The position numbers and the translations under genes were made by a program. The notes beneath the pieces were generated by a model. It was not told the DNA's origin. It did no database searches and saw only the letters and a list, made by a program, of their open reading frames with translations. A stretch of DNA of 64,000 nucleotides from Octopus bimaculoides (lineage: Eukaryota). This document shows, piece after piece, positions 24,186 through 35,589 of the stretch; the first letter of the stretch is position 1, and each line of letters begins with the position of its first letter. The stretch covers positions 112,436,475-112,500,474 of the forward strand of contig NC_068981.1 in NCBI RefSeq assembly GCF_001194135.2, given 5' to 3'.

Positions 24186-25796
24186 TGATAGTATTTTGCT
24201 TTACAAACTATCTCCCATTTCAAAATATAGTTAATATTTTTAGATTTAAGTTCCCAAATATATTTACTAAGGCCAGTAGAATTAATTAAATTTCTATTCT
24301 TAAATGAGTGCATATGTTGAGCCACTCGTAATTTAATTTTATTAGATGTCGATCCTATATAAATCTTATTTAAATTATAACCATTATGTTTATTCCCATT
24401 CATTAATCTTACTATACATTTATACACTACATCCTTCAAATTACATTTATTATTAAATTTAAATTTAGTCTTATCTAAACATGTACAATTAATTATATCC
24501 TGGTCCACATTATTATTATTATTATTAGAATAATTATAAAATTTAAATTTATAATACTTATTTAACTTAAATCTATTAAAAAAAGAGATAATATTAGCAA
24601 CATTATTAGTAGTAGAATAACCTACACCAAAGTTATTATTAGAAAATATATAATTATATTTTTTATTATCTTTAAGAAATATATCAATAACTTTTAAAAT
24701 TTCATTAATAATGTTAGTTTTAACTGGAATGCCGTATGGAATAATTAGCCATAGTTCATTCTTATTATAGATATTATTGTATTTATTATCAATATTATTA
24801 AATTTATTATTATCATTAAAAAAATTAAAATTATATTTATTATTATTTCTGTTAAAATTATGTTTATGTTTATGTAAATTATTGTCATAATACCTATTAT
24901 TCATATTATAATTATCTAAGAAAACATAATCATAAGTATAAAGGTTATGTTTATTTAAAAGATCATTACTATTATAATTATTATAAATAGAATTAAAATT
25001 ATATTTCGGATTATTAAAAAATTTTATATTAGCAAATGTTAATGATTTTTTAATTGAGGGTGGGTGATTACTTTTCACATGAATATATTTAATATTTTCA
25101 TTAATCTTATGGTAAGGTTGGGTACTACCTGTAGATAAGTTAAAATCAGCATCTAGATAATTTATATTATAGTACTCATTATAAATAGTAATCTTTAAAC
25201 CATATCTTTTAAAAAAAACTATATTAGTGCAATTTTTAGTAAGTAATAAAAGGTCATCCCTATATAAACCACCCTCCAAATTTAAGTTTTCGAGTTCAAG
25301 TTCAGATAATAAATATATACCTACTAAATCAGTTACCTGTGCTGAATCAGGCGCCCCCATTGGTATATCAAAATAGTCTCTAATATCTTTCCTAGCCCAC
25401 AATTTATTATCATATTTAATTAACGATTTCCTAGCCATTTTAACTACTTTTACTTCATCAAAAGTCATCCCCACCTTCTTCATAGCATAAATTAGGGCCT
25501 TATTAAGTATAATCTCGTTAATGGAAGAATAATAGTTATCAATATCAATTTGAATAAATTTATATTTATTTTTATCTTTAATATTATCAAACCATTTTAA
25601 AGTATCAATATTACTATTCCATAATTTAAGGTAGTTAAATTGATTTAATTTATTGATATATTTATCTAAAATTATCTGACTTAATTTACCTAGATCTGAC
25701 TTACAAGGACAAATAAGCCTAACTTTAGGGTCAGAATAAAAATTATTCTTATGGTCTTTTAATGTAATTCTAGGGTGCAATAGGTACATAAGGTTC
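24186..25796 (-). CDS. Penelope-like element ORF (Naiad-type RT + GIY-YIG endonuclease), uninterrupted but 5' in gap and 3' truncated by a SINE
   Basis: ITLKDHKNNF..PKVRLICPCKSDLGK, DIDNYYSSI, ARKSL, FDIPMGAPDSAQVTDLVG, GLYRDD, YLD, SNHPPSI. Then NCTC..C..VVYKC...IYIGST...KLRVAQH..SF...TGLSKYIWELK. About 535 codons with no stop. Confidence 0.88.
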
Positions 25797-26706
25797 NNNN
25801 NNNNNNNNNNNNNNNNNNNNNNNNNNNNNNNNNNNNNNNNNNNNNNNNNNNNNNNNNNNNNNNNNNNNNNNNNNNNNNNNNNNNNNNNNNNNNNNNNNNN
25901 NNNNNNNNNNNNNNNNNNNNNNNNNNNNNNNNNNNNNNNNNNNNNNNNNNNNNNNNNNTATATATATATATATAGGGTGAGAGAGTGAGACAAGAGCATC
26001 AGATAAATAGTTAGAACAAAGGAAATGTGTGCAAAATAAAATTTCATATTCAGCTTGGAAATTTGTGAAGAAATGAGTTATTTTACAGATGAATATTGTC
26101 TAAAACATGTGTACATGAAAATATAATTCTTTCTATTTTGCTCACTAAATAAGTGTGTGTGTGTTTGTAAAACTATACAACTGTTTGTTTATATGTATTT
26201 TCATGTGCATGTGTTTTCATGAATGATTTTCTCTGTGCTTAAGTATTGTATGTATGTATGTATGTATGTATGTATATTTGTATGTATGTCTTTTCGTTAT
26301 TTATGCTGATAGATAGGGCAACAAATTTTTGTATTGTATTGGTATAACATTTGATTAAATTCTTAGAGTAAGATTCACTTCAGATTTTTCAGTCACAAGA
26401 GCTTATGTCCAAGATAACTTGTTGAAACATTTTGCTGTGATAATTCATACTTTAGTCAAAAAATTAAGGAACACTCATGCAAACAAACAGAATCTAAATT
26501 TTCAAACTATGTAGACAGTTTTACAGTTAGAAAACTATTTTTCTTTTATATTTTGTTCTTTTTTTAAATTTATTATATGTTCACACCATTATTGTTGTGA
26601 TTATCTTTATAAAATTATTATTGGATATGCCTGCTCTTTACCCTCCCTTCAGAATGTATACTTTTCACAATCATTCCTTTTATTTTTCTATCACCTTTAT
26701 ATACAG

Positions 26707-26871
26707 AGCAATAAACTCGTAATTAAAAAGAGGTCTCAGTCCAATGGATCACTTATGGATGGTGAGAATATAGAAAAGGAGCATGCAGATGATGCAGCTT
26801 CTGGGCAGTTATCTGAAAATCCTACAGATGAGAACAAGAAGCATTCACCAGCTGTAAAATATTCTTCTAGT
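26707..26871 (+). CDS. Candidate internal exon of an unidentified host gene (phase 0-0)
   Basis: Polypyrimidine tract + TACAG acceptor, GTGAGT donor, 165 nt open: SNKLVIKKRSQSNGSLMDGENIEKEHADDAASGQLSENPTDENKKHSPAVKYSSS. Non-repetitive, with a coding-like composition. Confidence 0.65.
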
Positions 26872-27009
26872 GTGAGTAGCATGATATCTCCTTTAAAAAG
26901 GCTCACTGTTTTCCTTCTTTTTTTTTTATTCAGAAATTACTCAAATAGGTAGTTCCTATTTCAGAAAGCAACATAATGATATTGACCTTATGTTATGACG
27001 TTGTTGATA

Positions 27010-29560
27010 CTATTATTTCATATACGTGCAACAGATAAAACTGTTGGAAAAGAAAAATTCCTAATATCAGGCTACAACAAGTAACTTTAGATACCAAGAA
27101 CCCTCCTATGTTTTCTAGCTGTCCCTAATAACACTGTTTTCTGGAGCTGTACTAAACTAGATTTTATGCCTTTTTCCTCTGTTCATATCTTTAGGGATAG
27201 TTCCTAATGCACCTATAACTACTAGGATACATTTTACCTGCACTTTCTATAGTCTTTGTAACTCAATGGCTATATCCTGGTCCGTTGCTATTTTCTCTAT
27301 ACTGTATTAACTTTCTCATCATTTGGGACTGTAAAGTCAATTATTTGGCACTTTCTATTCTCTTTGTCTACTACTTCTAAATCAGGCCTTCTAACTTCTG
27401 AATGTTAAAGTCTCACAACATCTTATATTTCTTACTTTCTAGTACTTTACTAGGTAGCTAGCTTTTACTTCATTTATCATTATGGTCAAATCCTAGCTTT
27501 CTACATAACTCCCAGTGGTTGTCAGGTCTTTGTATTCCTTCTATGCCAGCATGCTACATTCACTTACTGTATGAGTAACACTTTCCTCTGTTGATTTACA
27601 TAACCTACATTGGGAATTTACTTGTTTTTTTTTTTTCTATCTTGACTTTCATCCCATTAGTCCTTCCTTTCTGAAAACAACTATGTCTCACTATTACTAT
27701 TTGCTGTAACTATTTTGGGGAATTTACTATGCAAAGCCTTTTCATGCCAGTCAGATAATCTTTTTTCTGGTTTTTAACTTCTGTAGTTAGTACTCCTAGA
27801 TACTTATAACTCTCTTCTCCTTTCAGTGATTTTCAGTTATACTCAGACATTCACTTATCCATATAAGTGAATGTCTGAGTATATTCAGTATAGCAGGCAA
27901 CACAAGAGAATTAATTAGCTTTAGCATGAAGAAATGGAAAGTAGATCTCTACTCAGGTGACACAGCCTCAGAGAAAGTTAATATCAAGAGAGAAATTTTC
28001 CAAGGAAACTTGTTACCCCTTTAATATTTGTCTTATGTTTAACTCTCTTCGGTTTAGTATTAAGGAAGGCAAAGGTAGGGTATCCGTTCAGAAATAAAGG
28101 GATCATGTTGTAGGCTTTCTTATAATCTGCCCATGCTATTGTTAAATTTTTCTTTTTGGCTTTTACTTCATTTAGAACTGCTTTGTATATGTATAATAGG
28201 TCATGCATTCCTCTAGCTTTCTTCCTGCAACTTTTCTGTTCTTCTGGCTGCAAATAGTCTGTCAAGGTGCTCATAAGTGCTTTCTGAGAGCATTCCTGTT
28301 AACAACTTCCACACTAATAGTAAGCAAGTGATTGTCTATAGTTGCTAGCTGTATTACCCTTGTTTGTATCTTTCATAAGGAGTACTGTTCTCTCTCTAGT
28401 CATCCAATCTGCTATTTCTCCTCCAGTCAGGCAATCCTGAAGTTGTTCCTTCAGTCTCCCATGTAAGCTACTAAATTTCTTTAGCCAGTACCCTTGAGCT
28501 AAATCTGGTTCTGGGCCCCACCAATTTGGCATTTTACCTAACACTTTACTCATTAATGCACTAGCTGCTTTTCACTAAATACTTCTTCCCTTACTTTCTT
28601 TAACCATGCTGCATCTCCATTATGATTGATTTGTTTATCCCAAATATTACTCCAGAACTTTCTAGCTTCTGTATTAGGTTTCTCATCTTCAGTACTTCAT
28701 TCTCCACTGTTTGTGTGGTTATAAAATCTCCTCTGGTCTGTCTTAGATAATATATTCTATTTATACTGATCTACTTTTTTCTGATATCTGGAAAGCTTAT
28801 TTGCTACTGCTATGATACACTGTTTCAACTCTTCCATGACTATCTCAAATTGTTTCTCTTTGACGAAGTATCTTTCCTCAAGGGTAGATTTAAATCTTGT
28901 GCTTCCTAACTTGTTCGTTTTCCAGACTTCTATTCTACTCAAATCTTGTCTTCATTTCATTTTATAATCTTCTAGTAACTATTACCCCACCTGCATAGAT
29001 CAATTAGTTAGTGTCACCTATATTTTTAGTATCTACCCAACTGATGACAGAATCTACTTTCCTAGTCATATCTTGCAGCCTCCTTCTGTTGGTACCTTTT
29101 AATGCTGGCAATCTTTTTTCGTCTTCTTTGCTCATTGCTTCCTGTAACTCATCTAAAACTTTCTGATCTTCCTCTCTTAAGTCACTGTTACCAGTTGTTT
29201 CTTCCTGGTCAGTAGTGCTAAAGTTATTTTTTCCTTTAGGTTCTTCTTTGGTTAGAACTGTATCTCTTATGTTGTTGTTTGGCTTTTCTACTGTTTGGTC
29301 TTTCTTTTGCAGTTCTCTCGTCATCTCTTCTACCTCCAATTCTGTCATCCACTTTCTTCTCTTAATAGCAATAGTTTGGTCTACTAATCTCTGCTCAGTT
29401 ACTTTAAACACACCCTTTTGTATCCAAAGTGTTAGCATCTGTTTTCTATAACCCATTCTTTAGGTTTTCCACTTTCTCCTCCTTACTCAGTTATCTGCTG
29501 ATGCTGTCATAGGATAAAAGTTGTGGTCAGTCTGCATCAGTACTGAACCACTGCTGAGCA
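27010..29560 (-). mobile_element. Dong/R4-like LINE, decayed, with internal inversion
   Basis: LQPEEQKSCRKKARGMHDLLYI...IAWADYKKAY, N-terminal QRLVDQ..IKRRKWMTELE. Its 3' UTR matches the copy at 41340. Segment 27863-28095 reads in the plus orientation. Confidence 0.88.
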
Positions 29561-29665
29561 AGAGGCCTTCCCTATTATCATTATCATCATCATCATCATC
29601 ATCATTGAGTGGGAGAGCAACACTTGCCATCAAAATGACACTGGAGCACAAATGTACAAAGTTCA

Positions 29666-32600
29666 GAGCTTCTGGTTATGGCATTCGGGTGATGAGATGT
29701 TGAACGTACAGCTCTGGATGCCAAATTAAATAATCTACTTCTGATGAAAAAATGAGCTCAAGGGGACAAAAATCCTGACCCAAACCAGTGGTTCCAAGTG
29801 TAAAATCCTCCCAAAATGGACCTATTGCACAATGGACACAGATTCACTGGGAGACACAATCAGTGATTTGAAGTCAACAGACGCCATGTTGATCTTAAAT
29901 GATATCAAAGAATTCATTAAATCACAAATGGTGGAAATCTTCAACTCATTTGCCTCTGTAAAAGCTAAGTAGGAGCAACTGAACAAACGTTCAGCCAAAA
30001 TGGAATGAGCCATTGATTTTAACTCCAGAAAAATAGCTGAAATGAGATGGGAAAGCGATAATGTGGCAGAAACACCAAGTAAGTTTAATGATAAATTCAT
30101 GGAGTTTGAACTTTACTCTTGCAGATCAAACATCCTAATCTATGGAATGAAACATATCGGCAATAATGAATCTCCAAGCCAACTTCAACATTCTGTCAAG
30201 GAACTGTTTATTTCTGCTCTTAAAATTGATGATAACAAAGTGAAAGAGACGTTGCTTGCAAACATGTACCGTCTGCCTCAAAAAAAACAATAAAAACAGA
30301 GCCGGGTAAGCCAGACCCCAAAATAGTCAAGTTTGTCAGTGTAACTGATGGAAATTTGGTCTTCTTTACTGCTTGTAAATCCTTCAAAGTTCTATCAGAC
30401 AGGAAAATTGTAATTCACAGTGACCGCCCATAAGTTCTGAAACAATTTAGAGCCAAACTATTACATCAAGGCCAATACCTCAGAAATACATACCACGTCC
30501 AGACAAAAATTTTTGAGAAAGGCGTTACACTATCTAAACAATTCTGAAAAAGTACAAATCACTCATGGAAAACTGTTGGAATCAAAGAGGAAATAAACAA
30601 ATAAAGATATGTGCTTGGATTCCCATTCATATTTTTTTTTTTCCTGAAAAAAGTGGGAAACCTATTTTGATTTTTTTCCTTCTTCACTGGGTGTAATCGC
30701 CGTGCTTTTTGGATTCTGAGGAAGTGAATGGGTTTATTTGTGTTAAGATATTTGTTTGGAACTCTGAATTTTTGTTGAGATTTTAAAAACTTTGATTAGT
30801 AAATAATGAACTCTACTGCACTACTGCCACATCTACATAGATGAGCAGAATTTGTGAATTTCCAGAGACAATTCAGCAAATCTGTGAATATTGATATACA
30901 CCTTTCTTCGGAAAGAAAAATTAACAACACTTGATACAAAACTAAGCTTTGAGCTCATGAATTGACATTTTCTATATTTTGTTGCTCTTTTGAATAAGAT
31001 CAGACTTTCATTTTAATTTGATGATTATGACAGTGATATGATTTTATTAGTATTCTGTAATAATTGTGTAACTAAACCCAGTTGCTACATTCCATGAAGA
31101 ATGGAAAGTTTTGGGTAAAATGAATGGAAGGTATGAATGTCAGTTCTTGTGTGTGTTCAGATATGTATCTTTTACTGGAAGGCTTGAATGTTCACTCCAA
31201 TACTATTTTCACTATTTGTTCTATATATCTTAAATGGATGACTTAAATATACCTATATGTTCAGTCAATTGTAGGGACCTTAATGATTATACAAAAAGAA
31301 AGGATGTTTTGCATTTTTTGAGAGCCAAAAGATATAAAATCTATTTGTTGCAAGATAGCCACTTTTTGAAAGAAAAAGAACTTTTAATTAGAAGTGAATG
31401 GGGCTCTGAGGTACTATTTAATAGTAATAATGGACAGTCTAGAGGAGTTGTCATTTTGTTTTCTAATGATATTGATTATAAGGTACATGGCCATTTCAGG
31501 GATGGCAGGGGCAATCTTCTGTGAGAAAAAGATATCTTTAGTCAACTTATACAGTCCAAATGCAGATAAACCAGAGTTTTATGCTGTGGTGATGGATAAA
31601 ATCAAAGCCTTTGGAAACTCAGATTGTATTATAGCTGGGGATTTTTAGCTTTGTCTACAGCAGTCTTTGGATACTTTTAATTATCAACATATAAACAACC
31701 TAATGCTAGAAAGCTAGGGATTGATATGATAAGGGCCCTTGACCTTTTAGATGTTTGGAGAGATCATAACCCAGAAGTACAGGACTATACATGGAGACAT
31801 CTAAATCCTATTAGACAAGCAAAGCTAGATTTCCTGTTTGGTGTCGCAGAATTTGTATTCATTTATTTGTCATTCTATAAATGTTGGGTACAGATCAGAC
31901 CATTCTCGTTGACATCAAAATAAAATTTCCCAAGAAAATGACTATAAAAGTACATATTGGAAATTTAATAACTCACTTTTAAGAGATCCAAAATACATTT
32001 CATCTTTTAAGGAAATCTGTTAATTAAGCAGTGTTGTCAAGCAATATGCCTCCCCTTTGGAACATGATAGAGATATTAGTACAGTTAATTTGTCTGAGTT
32101 TGAATTTGTTGTAAATGATCAATTATTTTTGGAAACTCTATTAATGGAAATTAGAGGAAAATTTATTTCATGTTCTTCATTTTAAAAAAAATTTAGAGTA
32201 AAAAAGAACAAGATCTATTAGATGATATTAAGCGATTGGAAATAAATTTTTTGGAAATCAAGAAATTGATGGAAAAAAGAAAAGAATTTGAGGAGATTTG
32301 TAAAGCAACAGTGAAGGCATTATTATTTGTTCAAGGACCATGTGGATAGATGAAGGGGAGAAGGTTAGCCTTTATTTTTGCAATCTAGAAAATAAGAATT
32401 TTGTGAGTAAAGGCATGTCCCAGTTAGAGCTGGATGATGAGCCTACTGTAGAAAGTTCTTGAAGCATTGTTGTTTTATGAAGGATTGTATTCTTCCAAGG
32501 AGTATGTGTTGAAAGATTGTGACCTTGATGAACTTTTTTTTTGAAGGAGATTTGTATGGGCTTAGTAAGGGAGAATTTGATTCATTGGAAGGCCCAGTGA

Positions 32601-34795
32601 CTTGTGATGAACTTTTGAAATGTTTGAAAAAGGCAAAGAACAATAAAAGTCCATGTTCAGATGAGTTCACTCATTAGTTATATAAATTCTTTTGGAAAGA
32701 TTTATTTCCATTCCTGTTGAGGTCATTCAGTTATAACTTTGCTGATGGCTATCTGTCAGTAACACAGAGGCAAGGTATCATTGCTTGTATTCCAAAAGGA
32801 GATAAGCCCAAACATTCTTGAAGAACTGGAAGACCTATTTCATTTCTCAATACTGCCTATAAACTTCTCTCATCTGTCATTGCTGAGAGGTTCAAAAGTA
32901 TTCTCCTGAAGTTGGTTAGTACTGATCAAATAGGATTCATGTCATGGTGGTAACATAAGACTGATATACAATTTGATGAATTACACACAACCCAATGATA
33001 TACCAGGAATGTTGTTTTTAATAGATTTTAAGAAGGCATTTGATTCTGTCTCATGGTTATTTATATACAAGACATTATCATTTTTTGGCTTTGGTGAGGA
33101 CATCTGTAAGTGGTTCAATATTCTTTACAATGATGCTAGATCTTGTTAATGGTGCATTGTCTCCTTTGTTTCCTGTTGAGTGGGGCTGTTGACAGAGTGA
33201 TCGTCTCTCTATATATTTTCATCCTCTGTGTTGAGGTCCTGGCTGATCTTATAAGAAAGAACAGTGATAATAAAGGAATTACATTTGACAATGGGGAGTA
33301 TCTAAGGACACTGTATGCAGATGATACAGAGTTTATTTTAGATGGTTCACAAAAGTTTTTCGAAGCTACAGTTGACACTTTGAACTTTTTCGCTGATATA
33401 TAAAACAAAATGTTATTTAAATTTCTCTGGAATGGAAAACCTGATCAAGAGAGTTGTTGCTTGTAAGCCTGTTAAAGAGGGTGGACTTGGTATGGTGAAA
33501 GCTTCTGCTTATGTCAGTTGATTAAAGTTATCTTGGATGAGAAAGTTGCTGGATATTAATTATGAATACAAATGGAAGCATTTGTGCTATGCCTCCTCCC
33601 CAAAACTGCAAAGTTTAGTTGTATTTGGTGACATTTTTTCTGAGTAAACTCCAACGATATTAAGAATGATTTTTAGCATGATTGTATTTCTACTTTTGAT
33701 AAGTTTACAAATAAGACAGAGCCTAGTTCATTTGATGAATTCATAACAGAACAAGCACTTAAAAGTTGGTAAAGAGGTAATCTTTTGTTCTGTGTGGTTT
33801 GAGAGAGGTGTTAGTCAGATTCGTGATTTCATCAACTTAGATGGATCATATCGTACCCTTGAAGAATTCCAGAGTACTTTTGAACTTGATATCAATTTTC
33901 TTTATTATAATGGTCTTATAATGGCTATTAAAACTACTAAGCAAGGTTAAAGATAAGCAAACCTACTTCTTTTCAACAATTAGATGATAATACAGCTGTT
34001 CGAAAGCTCATATCTGTTAAGAAAGGAGACAAGTGTGTTACTATTACATTTTAAGCACATCCAGTGTTTGTTTAAAATTCAAACATAAATGGGAAGAGTA
34101 TATGCTTGCTGAACTAAAATGGGAAAAAATATTTGTACAACCTATAAAGATGACAACAGATACTAAATTGCAATGAGTTCAGTTCAGAATTATACATAGT
34201 ATTTTAACAACTAATCCTCTCCTATTCAGGATCAAATTAGCTGAAAGCAACTTGTGCACTTTTTGTCAATGTGAAGTTGAGACAATTACACACCTTTTTT
34301 GGTATTGTGAACATATACAAGCTTTTTGGCAATGCTTTCTTGAATTGCTGTATGAAAAATTAACAACATGGACTTTAATTTATAGCTTAGGTCAAAGTGT
34401 GTTTAGGTTAAAAAAGAATATATATTCTGATGGTGTTTTTGACTTACTATTATTGTTAGCTAATTTTTTTATATATAAAAGTAAAGTATTAAAAACTACT
34501 CTTAGCTTTAAACATTTTAGACACTTTGTACATGATAGGTATCATATTGAAAAGGGCATATCTTTTAGTAAAAGTAGGCAACATAAAATTTATAAAAAGT
34601 GGATGCTCTACCATGATTTTGCAAATGTTAAGTAATCCTTTTTGAGTTGTTACTTCTTGCCTCTTCATAATCATATTACTAGTTTTAACTGTGTGAAACC
34701 CGAAGAACGTATTGTAATTGTTAGAAAATTTTAGGAACGATTGGGGAGTGAATGTGTTGTAGTGTGTAGTCTTGTATTTTCTTTTTTTTAAAAAA
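29666..34795 (+). mobile_element. Near full-length L1/Tx1-type LINE (ORF1 + APE-RT ORF2), decayed
   Basis: ORF1 RRM-like CRSNILIYGM..MYRLP; APE ICSVNCRDLN..KRKDVLHFL..YLLQDSH, IIAGDF, YTWRH; RT IDFKKAFDSV, LYADDT; C-terminal CTFCQCEVETITHLFWYC. Short poly(A) and a candidate TSD AAAGTTCA at 29658-29665 and 34796-34803. Confidence 0.92.
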
Positions 34796-35035
34796 AAAGT
34801 TCATCCGCATCATATAACAACTTTGTATAAGACTTCACAGTCCCCTGGCTGTGCTGTCTTCAATTTTAACAGGGAGAACAGGAAATAAAAATTTTCAATT
34901 AGAATAAAATATATACAAAGTTCAATACACCCATCATGCCCCCACCCCATAAGGGTACACCAGACATATGCATCCCAACCATATGTGCACAACATGGTGA
35001 TCTTGTATCGAGATAAAGATTGCATGGCCTTGCAG

Positions 35036-35575
35036 GTTATTATTATTCAGTAGTCTTATTTTTATCACGTGGTTTCACTGCACTACTGAGCGCAGCTCTG
35101 TATGTCCTGGGTATGTGCTGTGATTTGTTGTAGTGCTCTTATTTTCACTGTATTGAAAGAGTTTTACATAGGATGGGTGCGGTGCCTAGTAGTACTATTT
35201 TCTCTATGTTATATATACTTGTAAGTCCTGGTGTTTTTGTTATGTATTTGTCTGAATGTTTTTTATCATACCTTATGTACCTACTATAATAGAAATAATT
35301 TCTGTTCTTAGGTTCCATATTCGAGTTACCTCATTTCCAGATTTTTGTATTTTGAAAGTTTTTCCATTTCCTTTAGAGAAACATTGTCATCTGTTGGTAT
35401 TGATACATCAATTAAAAAATTTTTTTTTTCTTGGTGATCTCTGACAACTATATCCAGCCTATTGGCCTTGATTTCTCTATCTGCATGGATTGGTATATCC
35501 CAGAGTATGGTTCCTTTCTCATTTTCTGTGACCTTTTCTGGGGTGTGCCTATACATGCTGTTATTCCATGGTGTT
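35036..35575 (-). mobile_element. Dong/R4-like LINE 3' fragment (RLE)
   Basis: HTPEKVTENEKGTILWDIPIHADREIKANRLDIVV..FLIDVSIP..EMEKLSKYKNL, followed by a 3' UTR and (AAT)n. Confidence 0.88.
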
Positions 35576-35589
35576 GGTATAGCTTATTA

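Noticed and set aside
24240-24520. Selenocysteine-encoding Naiad
   Set aside because: Some Naiads are known to use in-frame UGA with a SECIS element, but the visible frame has no UGA and I could not identify a SECIS. The C-terminal end is missing, so this cannot be fully excluded.
24086-26047. The 653 aa ORF taken as a full protein
   Set aside because: The N-terminus (25959-26047) is microsatellite and unique DNA joined across a gap, and the last 33 or so residues are antisense SINE. Only 24186-25796 is PLE-derived.
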